Assembly: GCA_017435425.1 (NCBI GenBank)
Contig: JAFSFC010000009.1
Location: 10,050 to 74,049, forward strand
DNA from: Ruminiclostridium sp.
Lineage (GTDB): Bacteria; Bacillota; Clostridia; Oscillospirales; Oscillospiraceae
Length of the DNA: 64,000 nt
Direction: 5' to 3'
Below are positions 8,405 to 18,349 of this stretch, one piece after another. Numbering within the stretch: position 1 is the stretch's first letter; each line of letters starts with the position of its first letter. The position numbers were made by a program, and so were the translations under genes. Below the pieces are notes generated by a model. The model was not told the origin of the DNA. It did not search any database and saw only the letters and a program-made list of their open reading frames with translations.

Positions 8405-9877
8405 ATGGATCACATCTACCAGGACATTGCCACCCGCACGGCGGGGGACATCTACATCGGGGTGGTGGGCCCCGCCCGGACGGGGAAGTCCACCTTTATC
8501 AAGCGCTTCATGGAGACCATGGTCCTGCCCAACATCCCCGACGCCTACCGCCGGGAGCGGGCCCGAGACGAGTTGCCCCAGAGCGGCTCCGGCCGGACGG
8601 TCATGACCGCCGAGCCCAAGTTCGTCCCGGAGGAGGCCGTGGCGGTGGACATGGAGGGGGGAGGGGCCTTCTCGGTCCGGCTCATCGACTGCGTGGGCTA
8701 CCTGGTCCCCGGGGCGGTGGGCCAGCTGGAGGACGACCTGCCCCGGATGGTCCGGACCCCCTGGTTTCCGGAGGAGATCCCCATGGCAGAGGCGGCGGAG
8801 ATCGGCACCCGGAAGGTCATCGCCGAGCACTCCACCATCGGCATCGTGGTGACCACCGACGGCTCCATCACCGACATCCCCCGGCGGGACTATGAGGAGG
8901 CCGAGGAGCGGGTGATCTCCGAGTTGAAGGCCTTGGGAAAACCCTTCCTCATCCTCTTAAACTGTGCCCGGCCCCAGACCGAGGCCGCCCAGGCTCTGCG
9001 GCAGGAGCTGGCGGAGAAGTACGACGTGACCTGCCTGGCGGTGAGCTGCCTGGAGCTGGATCAGAGCCAGGTGACCGGCGTCATCCGGTCGGTCCTCTAC
9101 GAGTTCCCCCTGGGGGAGCTGCGGCTCTTCCTGCCTCCCTGGGTGGATGCCCTCCCGGCCGGCCACCCCATCAAGGCTGACCTCTTCCAGGCCGTCCGGG
9201 ACCGGATGGAGGACCTCCACCGGATCCGGGATGTGTCCCCCGTGGTGTCCGCTCTGGGGGACTGCCCCCGGGTAGTGGAGTCCCGGGTGACGGCCATGGA
9301 CCTGGGCACCGGCACCTGTGAGGCCCGGCTGGACCTGCCCCGAGCCCTCTTCTACGAGACCCTCACGGAGCAGACCGGCATCCCCATCCGGGGGGACGGG
9401 GAGCTCATGACCCTGCTGGCCGATCTGGGCCGCCAGCGGTCGGAGTACCAGCGGGTGGCCGCCGCCCTGGAGGAGGTCCGGGCTACGGGCTACGGCATCG
9501 TGGTCCCCGATTCCGGCGAGCTGGAGCTGGCCGAGCCGGAGATCATCCGCCAGGGGGGACGGTACGGGGTCCGCCTCCGGGCCAAGGCCCCCTCCATCCA
9601 CATGATCCGGGCGGATATCCAGGCGGAGGTCTCTCCCATCGTGGGCAGCGAAAAGCAGTCGGAGGATATGCTCTCCTTCCTTTTGAAGGAGTTCGAGGAT
9701 GCCCCGGAGAAGATCTGGCAGAGCAACATCTTCGGCCGGTCCTTCCATGAACTCATCAACGAGGACCTGGCCTCCAAACTCAAGCACATGCCCGAGGACG
9801 CCCGGGGGAAGCTGCAGCAGACCCTGGAGCGGATCCTCAACGAGGGCTCCGGGGGACTCATCTGTATTATCCTTTAA
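8405..9877 (+). CDS. spoIVA: Stage IV sporulation protein A (spore coat ATPase)
   Basis: IYQDIATRT.GDIYIGVVGPARTGKSTFIKRFM, DELPQSG.GRTVMTAEPKFVP, LIDCVGY, C-terminal NEGSGGLICIIL. Confidence 0.97.
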   Translation: MDHIYQDIATRTAGDIYIGVVGPARTGKSTFIKRFMETMVLPNIPDAYRRERARDELPQSGSGRTVMTAEPKFVPEEAVAVDMEGGGAFSVRLIDCVGYLVPGAVGQLEDDLPRMVRTPWFPEEIPMAEAAEIGTRKVIAEHSTIGIVVTTDGSITDIPRRDYEEAEERVISELKALGKPFLILLNCARPQTEAAQALRQELAEKYDVTCLAVSCLELDQSQVTGVIRSVLYEFPLGELRLFLPPWVDALPAGHPIKADLFQAVRDRMEDLHRIRDVSPVVSALGDCPRVVESRVTAMDLGTGTCEARLDLPRALFYETLTEQTGIPIRGDGELMTLLADLGRQRSEYQRVAAALEEVRATGYGIVVPDSGELELAEPEIIRQGGRYGVRLRAKAPSIHMIRADIQAEVSPIVGSEKQSEDMLSFLLKEFEDAPEKIWQSNIFGRSFHELINEDLASKLKHMPEDARGKLQQTLERILNEGSGGLICIIL

Positions 9878-9954
9878 CCCTAAAAAAGCATTGCTTTTTT
9901 ATCGGCTTTCTCCTATAATAAAACGTAATAACCAAGAAGCAGGAGGCGGCAGGG

Positions 9955-10749
9955 ATGATATTCACCGTAGACATCGGCAACACCACCATCACCATGGGGC
10001 TGTTCTCTCCCGAGGGGGAGCTGACCTTCCGGGGTGAGATCAAGACCGACCGGAACAAGACCCCGGACCAGATCGCCATCGACGTGCTGGATATGTTCCG
10101 CCTGAAGCAGGCAGACATCCAGTCTGTGACTGGTGCGGCGGTGTCCAGTGTGGTCCCTCCCATGACCGCCGCCATGGGGAACGCCATCCAGCTCCTGTGC
10201 GGGGTGAAGCCCATGATCGTGGGTCCCGGCGTGAAGACCGGCATGAACATCAAGGCAGAGGTCCACAACCAGCTGGGGGCCGACATTGTGGCCACCTCCG
10301 TGGCCGCCCTCCAGAAGTATGAGGCCCCCATCATCGTCATCGATATGGGCACCGCCACCAGCCTGTCCTACCTGGGGGTGAGCACCTACCAGGGCTGCAT
10401 CATCATGCCCGGCGTTCGGCTGGCCCTGGAGGCCCTGTCCGGCCGGGCGGCAGAGCTCCCCCACATCTCCATCGAGGCCCCCTCTTCCGTCCTGGGCCGC
10501 TCCACGGTGGATGCCATGCGCTCCGGCGTGGTCTACGGCCATGCGGGGATGATCGACAGCATGATCCAGCGGATGGAGGCCGAGGCCGGTCCCGCTGCCA
10601 CCCTGGTGATGACCGGCGGCAACGGGGATGCCATCCTGCCCCACTGCCAGCGGGACATCATCTATGACGAGAACCTGATCCTGGACGGCCTGTACTACCT
10701 GTACCAGAAGAACCACCAGGACAGAAGACGGAAGAAGAACCAAGAGTAA
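9955..10749 (+). CDS. coaX: Type III pantothenate kinase
   Basis: VDIGNTTI, LGADIV, IDMGTATS, IMPGV and MTGG motifs. Confidence 0.92.
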   Translation: MIFTVDIGNTTITMGLFSPEGELTFRGEIKTDRNKTPDQIAIDVLDMFRLKQADIQSVTGAAVSSVVPPMTAAMGNAIQLLCGVKPMIVGPGVKTGMNIKAEVHNQLGADIVATSVAALQKYEAPIIVIDMGTATSLSYLGVSTYQGCIIMPGVRLALEALSGRAAELPHISIEAPSSVLGRSTVDAMRSGVVYGHAGMIDSMIQRMEAEAGPAATLVMTGGNGDAILPHCQRDIIYDENLILDGLYYLYQKNHQDRRRKKNQE

Positions 10750-10789
10750 TGAAAAAGCCCCTGACACCGTCAGGGGCTTTCTTGCAGGC

Positions 10790-10858
10790 GGGCCGATATA
10801 GAATCGGCCCCTACGAATATGGTATTACGCCTGTAGGGGACGATGCCCACATCGTCCC
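10790..10858. repeat. GTAG-type REP doublet upstream of psuG
   Basis: gggccgatatagaatcggcccctac, spacer, gtaggggacgatgcccacatcgtccc: two inverted GTAG-footed palindromes. Confidence 0.8.
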
Positions 10859-10902
10859 GCTCTTTGAAGGATACCAATCACGTTGCGAAAGAAGGTTTTT
10901 CC

Positions 10903-11814
10903 ATGAACCCCTACCTGGACATACACCCTGAAGTGGCCGCAGCGTTGGCCCAGGGTCGACCTGTGGTGGCCCTGGAGTCCACCATCATCTCCCACGGCAT
11001 GCCCTACCCCCAGAACGTCCAAACCGCCCTGGCAGTGGAGGAGACCGTCCGTGAGAACGGGGCCGTCCCCGCCACCATCGCCATCCTGGGGGGCAGGCTC
11101 AAGGCCGGTCTCACCCGGGAGGAGATCGAATCCCTGGGCCGGCAGGGCCAGAAAGTCACCAAGACCTCCCGCCGGGACCTGGCCGTCCTGGTGGCCAAGG
11201 GGGCCGATGGAGCCACTACCGTGGCCACCACCATGATGATCGCCCACATGGCGGGGATCCGGGTCTTTGCCACGGGGGGCATCGGCGGGGTCCACCGGGG
11301 GGCCCAGACCACCATGGACATCTCTGCCGACCTCCAGGAGCTGGCCCGGACCGACGTGGCCGTGGTGTGTGCCGGGGCCAAGGCCATCCTGGACCTGAAA
11401 CTCACCCTGGAATATCTGGAGACCCACGGGGTCCCCGTCCTGGGCTACGGGACCGACGAGCTCCCCGCCTTCTACACCCGGACCTCCGGCCTGAAGGTGG
11501 ACTATCGGGTGGACAGCCCCCAGGAGCTGGCGGCCATCCTGCAGGTCCGGAGGGACCTGGGTCTGTCCGGGGGCATCCTGGTGACCAACCCCATCCCGGA
11601 GGCGTGGTCCATGGACCCGGCGGTCATCAACGGAGCCATCGACCGGGCGGTGGCTGAGGCGGAAGAACTGGGCATCACCGGCAAGGAAGTGACCCCCTTC
11701 CTTCTGGCCAAGGTCAAGGAACTCACCGGGGGAGACAGCCTGGAGGCCAACATCGCCTTGGTGAAACACAACGCCGCCCTGGCGGCCCAAATCGCCGGGG
11801 CGCTGTGCCGGTGA
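10903..11814 (+). CDS. psuG: Pseudouridine-5'-phosphate glycosidase
   Basis: VALESTIISHGMPYPQN, GATTVATTM, ATGGIGGVHRG, DISADL and GKEVTPFLL motifs. Confidence 0.95.
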   Translation: MNPYLDIHPEVAAALAQGRPVVALESTIISHGMPYPQNVQTALAVEETVRENGAVPATIAILGGRLKAGLTREEIESLGRQGQKVTKTSRRDLAVLVAKGADGATTVATTMMIAHMAGIRVFATGGIGGVHRGAQTTMDISADLQELARTDVAVVCAGAKAILDLKLTLEYLETHGVPVLGYGTDELPAFYTRTSGLKVDYRVDSPQELAAILQVRRDLGLSGGILVTNPIPEAWSMDPAVINGAIDRAVAEAEELGITGKEVTPFLLAKVKELTGGDSLEANIALVKHNAALAAQIAGALCR

Positions 11815-11825
11815 CACACGTGGTT

Positions 11826-11903
11826 GGGCCGATGAAGGCATCGGCCCCTACGAGGATGGTTTCACCCATCTCCTATTGTAGGGGACGATGCCCACATCGT
11901 CCC
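11826..11903. repeat. GTAG-type REP doublet downstream of psuG
   Basis: Same architecture as 10790-10858; gtaggggacgatgcccacatcgtccc is identical. Confidence 0.8.
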
Positions 11904-11971
11904 ACTTTCCAAAGGGCATTGCCCACGCTTTGACGATACGACAAAAGCTCCCTCTTTCGAGGGAGCTTTTG

Positions 11972-12829
11972 TTATTTCTTCTGATAGGGATACTGCTTGC
12001 GTAAAAAGGCCGCGAAGTTGGAGGCCGCCTTGGTGGGGGTCCGGGGCAGGGCCACACCCAGCACCCGGTGGGGGATGGGAGCCAGCTCCAGCACCCGCAG
12101 GTTTTCCGGCAGGTTTCGCAGGCTCAGCCAGGGCATGGCGGTAACGCCAAGGCCCTGGGCCACCATGGCCAGGATGGAAGAGTCGTCATCGCTGGACACC
12201 GTAAGCTGCTGGCGGGAGAGGACGTCCAGGTGGTGGGCCAGGGCGTTCATGGGGGCCATGATGAGGGGATACCGGGCAAAATCCTCCTGGCTGATGACCT
12301 TCTGCTCCGGGGGGAGCAGGTCGGCAGGGACCACGGCGTAGTAGGGGTCATCCATGAGGGGATACCACCGAAGACCCTGGCAGCGGTAGGCGTCACCCAG
12401 GGCCAGGTCGATGCGGTTCTCTGCCAGCCACTCGGGGAGGTTGTCGGTGCCGATGCGCAGGTCGAAGGAGGCCTTGGGATTTTGGGCCTGATAGGCCCGG
12501 ATGGCCTGGGGCAGCCAGGTGCTGGAGATGCTGGCGAAGGAGCCGATGCGGATGATGGCATGACCGCCGTCCGAGAGATTCCTGGCCTCGCTGGCCAGGC
12601 GGCTCAGGGCGGCCTCGGCCTCCACCAGCAGGGGATAGAGTTCCTCCCCGGCGGGGGTCAGCCGGACACCGGTGTGGCTGCGGTTCAAAATCTTACACTC
12701 CAGCTCATTTTCCAGAGAGTTCATCATCTGGGTCACGGCGGATTGGGTACAGTTGAGTTCTACGGCTGCCTTGCTGAAGCTTCCTGTCCGGAGGGTGGTC
12801 AGCAAGGCGTGGATCTTTCTGTCGTCCAT
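11972..12829 (-). CDS. LysR-family transcriptional regulator
   Basis: GSFSKAAVELNCTQSAVTQMMNSLENEL..ILNRSHTGVRLTPAG HTH plus effector domain. Start ATG 12829 after an AGGTGA RBS. Confidence 0.92.
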   Translation of the reverse strand: MDDRKIHALLTTLRTGSFSKAAVELNCTQSAVTQMMNSLENELECKILNRSHTGVRLTPAGEELYPLLVEAEAALSRLASEARNLSDGGHAIIRIGSFASISSTWLPQAIRAYQAQNPKASFDLRIGTDNLPEWLAENRIDLALGDAYRCQGLRWYPLMDDPYYAVVPADLLPPEQKVISQEDFARYPLIMAPMNALAHHLDVLSRQQLTVSSDDDSSILAMVAQGLGVTAMPWLSLRNLPENLRVLELAPIPHRVLGVALPRTPTKAASNFAAFLRKQYPYQKK

Positions 12830-12850
12830 GGGGGTCACCTGCCTGTTGAT

Positions 12851-12865
12851 ATTAGGAAATCTAAT
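12851..12865. promoter_or_regulatory. Candidate LysR T-N11-A box (ATTAG-N5-CTAAT)
   Basis: Inverted repeat immediately upstream of the lysR start. Confidence 0.45.
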
Positions 12866-13289
12866 AGAAGTATCATATAATCTGTCTTTACGGGAGAGGC
12901 GTTGGATGCTAAAATAGGCCCAACCCAATTGGAAGGTGGGTATGCCTGTTTCCTTCATCGGAAGGAGGAAGCGGGTGCTTCATTGGCTCACACCAAGCCG
13001 GCTGTCAGGGCGATTCGCTCCTCGTTCTGACGACGAACCAGTCTGTCTCCTGCCAGGGGTGTGGCACGGAGTAAACCGAGACAGACGCCATTTCCATATT
13101 CTCCTTTTTGTGCTGTTCCGGCTGACCTGCCCTCTCTTCGTCAGTGTAGTCTTTCCCGGGCCGTGAACAGAAAATGGCTGCTCTTGACCGCCCCCGGTCG
13201 AGGGCAGTTGTTTTTTGGAAAAAAGGGAAAAAGAAAAGAGCAGCTGAAACAGCGGCTCTGGAGACACGACCCACGACGAGAAGTCGTGT

Positions 13290-13420
13290 ATCCTCCGTCT
13301 GTTTGCCTGAGAGATTCGGCCCGTGGGCCTTGCACCTTCGGCACTCAATTCAATGAGATTCTCCAGAGATCCCTCCGTTTCCAGTTTCGGTCTGATCCTA
13401 AAAACATCATCGGGCCATAT
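13290..13420 (-). ncRNA. Glycine riboswitch (singlet), copy upstream of a small ORF and lysR
   Basis: Minus strand: atatggcccgatga...ctctggagaatctc..gccgaaggtgcaa..aatctctcaggcaaacagacggag. It is followed by an anti-aptamer (tccagag) and a U-rich terminator. Confidence 0.85.
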
Positions 13421-13788
13421 GCAATTGATTTAACTGAGGGAAGCATACCACATTGCGGGGGGAATTGCAACCGAAATAGTGAAAAAAGTGGATTATCCAT
13501 AAGTTAGTTTTATATCCATATTACAATGACTGTTTTTATACCTGAGATGCCAAGAGGGATACTTTGATCAGCCTGGCGCAGGAGTGAGTTTGGATCCTTT
13601 CGGTCCATTGTGAATTCGTTTGGTCAGCGACCAATTCTATATCTCCGTTCTTTTTTCTGTTGCCATTGGGGACAGGAAAGATGCCGCCACCCGGTCTTTG
13701 CTCTGGACCGGGTGGCGGCTTTTTGCGCCCGGAGAACGGGGGAAAGCCCCGCCTGCCGGAAGGGGAGGCAGACGGGGCAGAGAGTAGA

Positions 13789-15165
13789 TCAGTTTTTGCC
13801 GGGGGCCTTGGCGTTTTTCACCACCAGGCCGGACAGGGCCAGCAGGGCCAGGGCGTTGGGGATGACCATGAGCTGGTTGAACAGGTCGGACAGCTCCCAC
13901 ACCAGGTCGTTGGACAGGCAGGAGCCCAGGAAGATGAAGACCACCGCCAGGATGGAATAGACCTTGGTGGCCTTCTCGCCAAAGAGCCAGGCCACATTCA
14001 GCTTGCCGAAGAAGTTCCAACTGAGGATGGTGGAGAAGGCGAAGAAGAGCAGGCAAATGGCCACGAAGGCGGAGCCGATGCCCTCGCCGAAGACCATGGA
14101 GAAGGCCAGCTGGCACATGTTGGTCTTGTCGATGCCCTCGGCTGCACCTGCGGCCAGGGGGCCGCCGCCGGCATAGAGGGTGGAGATGACCACCAGGGCG
14201 GTCATGGTCAGTACCAGGAAGGTGTCGATGAACACGCCTACCATGGCTACCACACCCTGTTCGTGGGGGTTCTTCACGTTGGCCATGGCGTGGGCGTGGG
14301 GGGTGGAGCCCATGCCGGCTTCGTTGGAGAAGAGGCCCCGCTTGACGCCCTGGCTGATGGCGGTCTTCAGGGCGGCGCCCACACCGCCGCCGATGATGGC
14401 GTGGGGCATAAAGGCGTACCGGAAGATCATGCCGATGGCTTCGGGCAGGTGGGGCAGCCGCATGACCAGGAGTACCAGGCCGCCGGCCAGATACAGAACG
14501 GCCATCAGGGGAACTAACTTCTCAGTGACGGAGGCCACACGCTGGATGCCGCCCAGGAAGACGAATGCAGAGGCGGCGGCCACCAGGATACCAACGATCC
14601 AGGAGGGGATACCGAAGGCGGTGGCACAGGTGGAGCCGATGGAGTTGGACTGAACCATGGAGCCGATGAAGCCCAGGGCCAGGGTGATGGCCACGGCAAA
14701 GAAGCCTGCCAGGAAGGTGCCGAACTTGCCGGTGAAGGCCCGCTTGATGTAGTATACGGGGCCGCCGGCCACAGAGCCGTCTGCCTTTACCACACGGGTC
14801 TCCTGGGCCAGAACGGCTTCGGCGTAGACGGTGGCCATGCCGAAGAAGGCGATGATCCACATCCAGAAGATGGCGCCGGGGCCGCCCACCAGGATGGCGC
14901 CGCAGGCACCGATGATGTTGCCGGTGCCTACCTGGGCGGCAATGGCGGTGGTGAGGGCCTGGAAGGAGCTCAGGCCGCCCTTCTGCTTGCCGCCCCGGAG
15001 GGAGAAGCCCCCGAAGACTTTGCGCATACCCTCGCCGAAGCAGCGGACTTGGACGAACCGGGTCTTAAAGGTAAAGAAGAGGCCGGTGCCCACCAGCAGG
15101 ACCACCAGAATGTAGTCCGAAAGATAGAAGTTGATTTTCTGTACGATGGTTAACAGCGTATCCAT
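13789..15165 (-). CDS. Alanine/glycine:cation symporter (AGCS/AlsT family)
   Basis: AAQVGTGNI, GGPGAIFWMW, GGPVYYI, RGLFSNEAGMGSTP and FAFSTILSW motifs. Start MDTLL after GGGAGG. Confidence 0.93.
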   Translation of the reverse strand: MDTLLTIVQKINFYLSDYILVVLLVGTGLFFTFKTRFVQVRCFGEGMRKVFGGFSLRGGKQKGGLSSFQALTTAIAAQVGTGNIIGACGAILVGGPGAIFWMWIIAFFGMATVYAEAVLAQETRVVKADGSVAGGPVYYIKRAFTGKFGTFLAGFFAVAITLALGFIGSMVQSNSIGSTCATAFGIPSWIVGILVAAASAFVFLGGIQRVASVTEKLVPLMAVLYLAGGLVLLVMRLPHLPEAIGMIFRYAFMPHAIIGGGVGAALKTAISQGVKRGLFSNEAGMGSTPHAHAMANVKNPHEQGVVAMVGVFIDTFLVLTMTALVVISTLYAGGGPLAAGAAEGIDKTNMCQLAFSMVFGEGIGSAFVAICLLFFAFSTILSWNFFGKLNVAWLFGEKATKVYSILAVVFIFLGSCLSNDLVWELSDLFNQLMVIPNALALLALSGLVVKNAKAPGKN

Positions 15166-15259
15166 GATGATATCCTCCCGAAAAATGGAATAAAAAATGA
15201 GCTGCCGAAAGATCAGCAACTCCGAAGAATAACATACAGACACCGTTTGGAACGATGGT

Positions 15260-15396
15260 CTGCTCTGTCCTTTTGCCTGAGAGATTCGGTCAAGACTGAC
15301 CTTACACCTTCGGCACTCAACTCAATGAGATTCTCCAGAGGTCCCTCCGCCTTCAGTCTCCCGTTTGGGGATCCTTAAGGGTTCATCGGGCCATAT
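15260..15396 (-). ncRNA. Glycine riboswitch (singlet) upstream of the AGCS symporter
   Basis: Minus strand: atatggcccgatga...ctctggagaatctc..gccgaaggtgtaa..aatctctcaggcaaaaggacagag. Classic genomic context. Confidence 0.9.
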
Positions 15397-15611
15397 TTGG
15401 TTGTACAGCACTGCGAAAAGAAGGATAACACTTTTTGGAAGGGAATGCAACAAAGTTTCAATACAAAAAGCAGGTAGGATTTTAGGAGAATTTTCGTGCA
15501 AAAGGGAGAATTCTGCCGGGACCTCAGCAGAAAGCCTCAGGCCCGCCGGTGGTGAGCCGGCGGGCCTGAGACTTTGCTGGGGTAAGATAGAAAGAAAGGA
15601 GGGAGAATGTC

Positions 15612-18041
15612 TTAGTAATTGCCCAGGCCGTGGTTCCACTGCCACTCCCGGATCTCGGGCAGGTCCTGGCCGTATTCGGCGATATACTGCTTGTGCTCCA
15701 CCAGTTTGTCCTGGAGCTGCTGGATCAGGAAGGCACCCCGGTTGCCCAGCTTTTCGGGAAGGAGGTTGATGACGTCCATGGTCAGGTGCCAGCGGTCCAG
15801 GTTGTTCAGCACGCGCATGTCGAAGGGGGTGGTGATGGTGCCCTCTTCGATGTAGCCGCGCACGTGCAGATTCTTGTTCTTCCGCTTGTAGGTCAGCTCG
15901 TGGATGAGGGAGGGATAGCCGTGGAAGGTGAAGAGGATGGGCTTATCCTTGGTAAAGAGCATATCGTACTTCTCGTCGGACAGGCCGTGGGGGTGCTGGG
16001 AGTCGGACTGGAGGCGCATCAGGTCCACCACGTTCACCACACGCATCTTCACGTCGGGGAAGTTGTGGCGGACGATGGTGACGGTGGCCAGGGTCTCCAG
16101 GGTGGGGGTGTCGCCGCAGCAGGCCAGCACGATGTCGGGCTCCTCCCACTGGTCGTTGGAGGCCCACTGCCAGATGCCGATGCCCTGGGTGCAGTGCTTG
16201 ACGGCCTGCTCCATGGTGAGCCACTGGGGTCTGGGGTGCTTGGAGGTGACCATCACGTTCACGTAGTTCCGGCTCTTGATACAGTGGTCAAAGACGGACA
16301 GGGTGCAGTTGGCATCCGGGGGCAGATACATCCGCACCACGTCGGCCTTCTTGTTGGCCACGTGGTCCAGGAAGCCGGGGTCCTGATGGGTGAAGCCGTT
16401 GTGGTCCTGCTGCCAGACGTTGGAGGAGAGGATATAGTTCAGGGAGGCGATATCCTGCCGCCAAGGCAGCTCGTTGCAGGTCTTGAGCCACTTGGCGTGC
16501 TGGGCGAACATGGAGTCCACGATGCGGATGAAGGCCTCGTAGCTGTTGAAGAAGCCGTGGCGGCCGGTGAGGAGGTAGCCCTCCAGCCAGCCCTGGCACA
16601 TATGCTCGGAGAGCATGGAGTCCATGACCCGGCCGGAGCGGCCCAGGAACTCGTCGTATTCCCCTTCGGGCATGTTCCAGACACGGTCGGTCTGCTCGAA
16701 CATGGGGGTCAGGCGGTTGGACTTGGACTCGTCGGGGCCGAAAACACGGAAGTTCTTGGCGGGCTCGTTCTCCTTGATGACGTCCCGGACGAAGGAACCC
16801 AGGACCAGCATGTCCTGTGCCTCCACAGCGCCGGGGGCGGGAATGTCAATGCCGTAGTCCCGGAAGTCGGGCATCTTCAGGTCACGCAGGAGCTTGCCGC
16901 CGTTGGCGTGGGGGTTGGCGCCCATGCGGCGGTCGCCGGTGGGGGCCAGGGCTTTCAGCTCGGGGATGAGCTTGCCGTCGTCGGTGAAGAGCTCCTCGGG
17001 CTTGTAGCTCTTGAGCCACTCCTCCAGCAGACCCACGTGCTCGGGCTTGGACATTTCGATGGGGACCTGGTGGGCCCGGAAACAGTCCTCGATCTGGTTG
17101 CCGTCCACTACCTTGGGGCCGGTCCAGCCCTTGGGGGCCCGGAGGATGATCATGGGCCACTCGGGGCGGCTGTCGTCGCCGGTGGTCCGGGCGTGGCCCT
17201 GGATGCGCTGGATCTCACGGACGGCCCAGTCCAGGGCGGCAGCCATCTTCTGGTGCATCTCCATGGGGTCAGAGCCCTCCACGAAGCGGGGCTCCCAGCC
17301 GTAGCCCCGGAAGAGGTTCTCCAGCTCGGTGCGGCTCATGCGGGCCAGGATGGTGGGGTTGTGGATCTTATAGCCGTTCAGGTGGACGATGGGCAGGACG
17401 GCACCGTCCCCGATGGGGTTAAGGAACTTGTTGGAGTGCCAGGCGGTGGCCAGGGGGCCGGTCTCGGCCTCGCCGTCGCCCACCACGCAGGCAGCGATGA
17501 GGGAGGGGTTGTCGAAGACCGCACCGAAGGCGTGGGCCAGGGAGTAGCCCAACTCGCCGCCCTCATGGATGGAGCCGGGGGTCTCGGGAGCCACATGGCT
17601 GGGGATGCCACCGGGGAAGGAGAACTGCTTGAAGAGCCGCTGCAGACCCTCCAGGTCCTCGCTGACGTTGGGGTAGACCTCGGAGTAGGTGCCCTCCATG
17701 TAGGTGTGGGCCACCATGGCGTTGCCGCCGTGACCGGGACCGGACAGGTAGATCATGTTCAGATCATACTTGACGATGGCTCTGTTCAGGTGGGTATAGA
17801 TGAAGTTCTGGCCCGGGCAGGTGCCCCAGTGGCCGACGATCTTTTTCTTGATGTGTTCGGGCTTCAGGGGTTCCTTAAGAAGGGGGTTGTCCAGAAGGTA
17901 CAGCTGGCAGGCGGTCAGGTAGTTGGACGCGCGCCAGTAAGCGTCGATCTTCTCCAGCTGGGCGCTGGTGAGAGCCGCTTTCCGGGACATCCGGGCGGAC
18001 GTCTTGGCGATGGGTTTGGTACCCTTGGGTTTTCTCGGCAT
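15612..18041 (-). CDS. xfp: Xylulose-5-phosphate/fructose-6-phosphate phosphoketolase
   Basis: [51 protein letters not shown] and [12 protein letters not shown]. Confidence 0.97.
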   Translation of the reverse strand: MPRKPKGTKPIAKTSARMSRKAALTSAQLEKIDAYWRASNYLTACQLYLLDNPLLKEPLKPEHIKKKIVGHWGTCPGQNFIYTHLNRAIVKYDLNMIYLSGPGHGGNAMVAHTYMEGTYSEVYPNVSEDLEGLQRLFKQFSFPGGIPSHVAPETPGSIHEGGELGYSLAHAFGAVFDNPSLIAACVVGDGEAETGPLATAWHSNKFLNPIGDGAVLPIVHLNGYKIHNPTILARMSRTELENLFRGYGWEPRFVEGSDPMEMHQKMAAALDWAVREIQRIQGHARTTGDDSRPEWPMIILRAPKGWTGPKVVDGNQIEDCFRAHQVPIEMSKPEHVGLLEEWLKSYKPEELFTDDGKLIPELKALAPTGDRRMGANPHANGGKLLRDLKMPDFRDYGIDIPAPGAVEAQDMLVLGSFVRDVIKENEPAKNFRVFGPDESKSNRLTPMFEQTDRVWNMPEGEYDEFLGRSGRVMDSMLSEHMCQGWLEGYLLTGRHGFFNSYEAFIRIVDSMFAQHAKWLKTCNELPWRQDIASLNYILSSNVWQQDHNGFTHQDPGFLDHVANKKADVVRMYLPPDANCTLSVFDHCIKSRNYVNVMVTSKHPRPQWLTMEQAVKHCTQGIGIWQWASNDQWEEPDIVLACCGDTPTLETLATVTIVRHNFPDVKMRVVNVVDLMRLQSDSQHPHGLSDEKYDMLFTKDKPILFTFHGYPSLIHELTYKRKNKNLHVRGYIEEGTITTPFDMRVLNNLDRWHLTMDVINLLPEKLGNRGAFLIQQLQDKLVEHKQYIAEYGQDLPEIREWQWNHGLGNY

Positions 18042-18219
18042 GGAAAAACCTCCTTTTCAATGACATGCTTTTATTATATACAATTCTGCCAAAGAATCAA
18101 CTGTTATATGAAATAAATTGTAAATAATAATATAACATTTTGAAAATTAAGGGGAAATGGCGGGGTGGAAGAAAAACAGGCGGAGGGTTAAGGGGGTAAC
18201 GGGTCGGGATAACCCAAGT

Positions 18220-18297
18220 GGGCGGCCGATATGGGCATCGCCCCTACGGCATTGATACCACGCACCCCCGTTGTAAGGGCGGATTCCGTATCCGCCC
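18220..18297. repeat. GTAG-type REP doublet (degenerate)
   Basis: ggcggccgatatgggcatcgcccctac ... gtaagggcggattccgtatccgccc. Confidence 0.7.
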
Positions 18298-18349
18298 ACA
18301 CCCCACGAAAAAGGAGGCTTCCTCATCTGAGGAAGCCTCCTTTGCTGTT

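Noticed and set aside
10750-11970. Autonomous RAYT or IS transposase associated with the REP elements
   Set aside because: No HUH/Y1, DDE or integrase ORF is present anywhere in the window.
13485-13505. DnaA-box-like gtggattatccata
   Set aside because: A single mismatched site in an AT-rich promoter region; not enough support.
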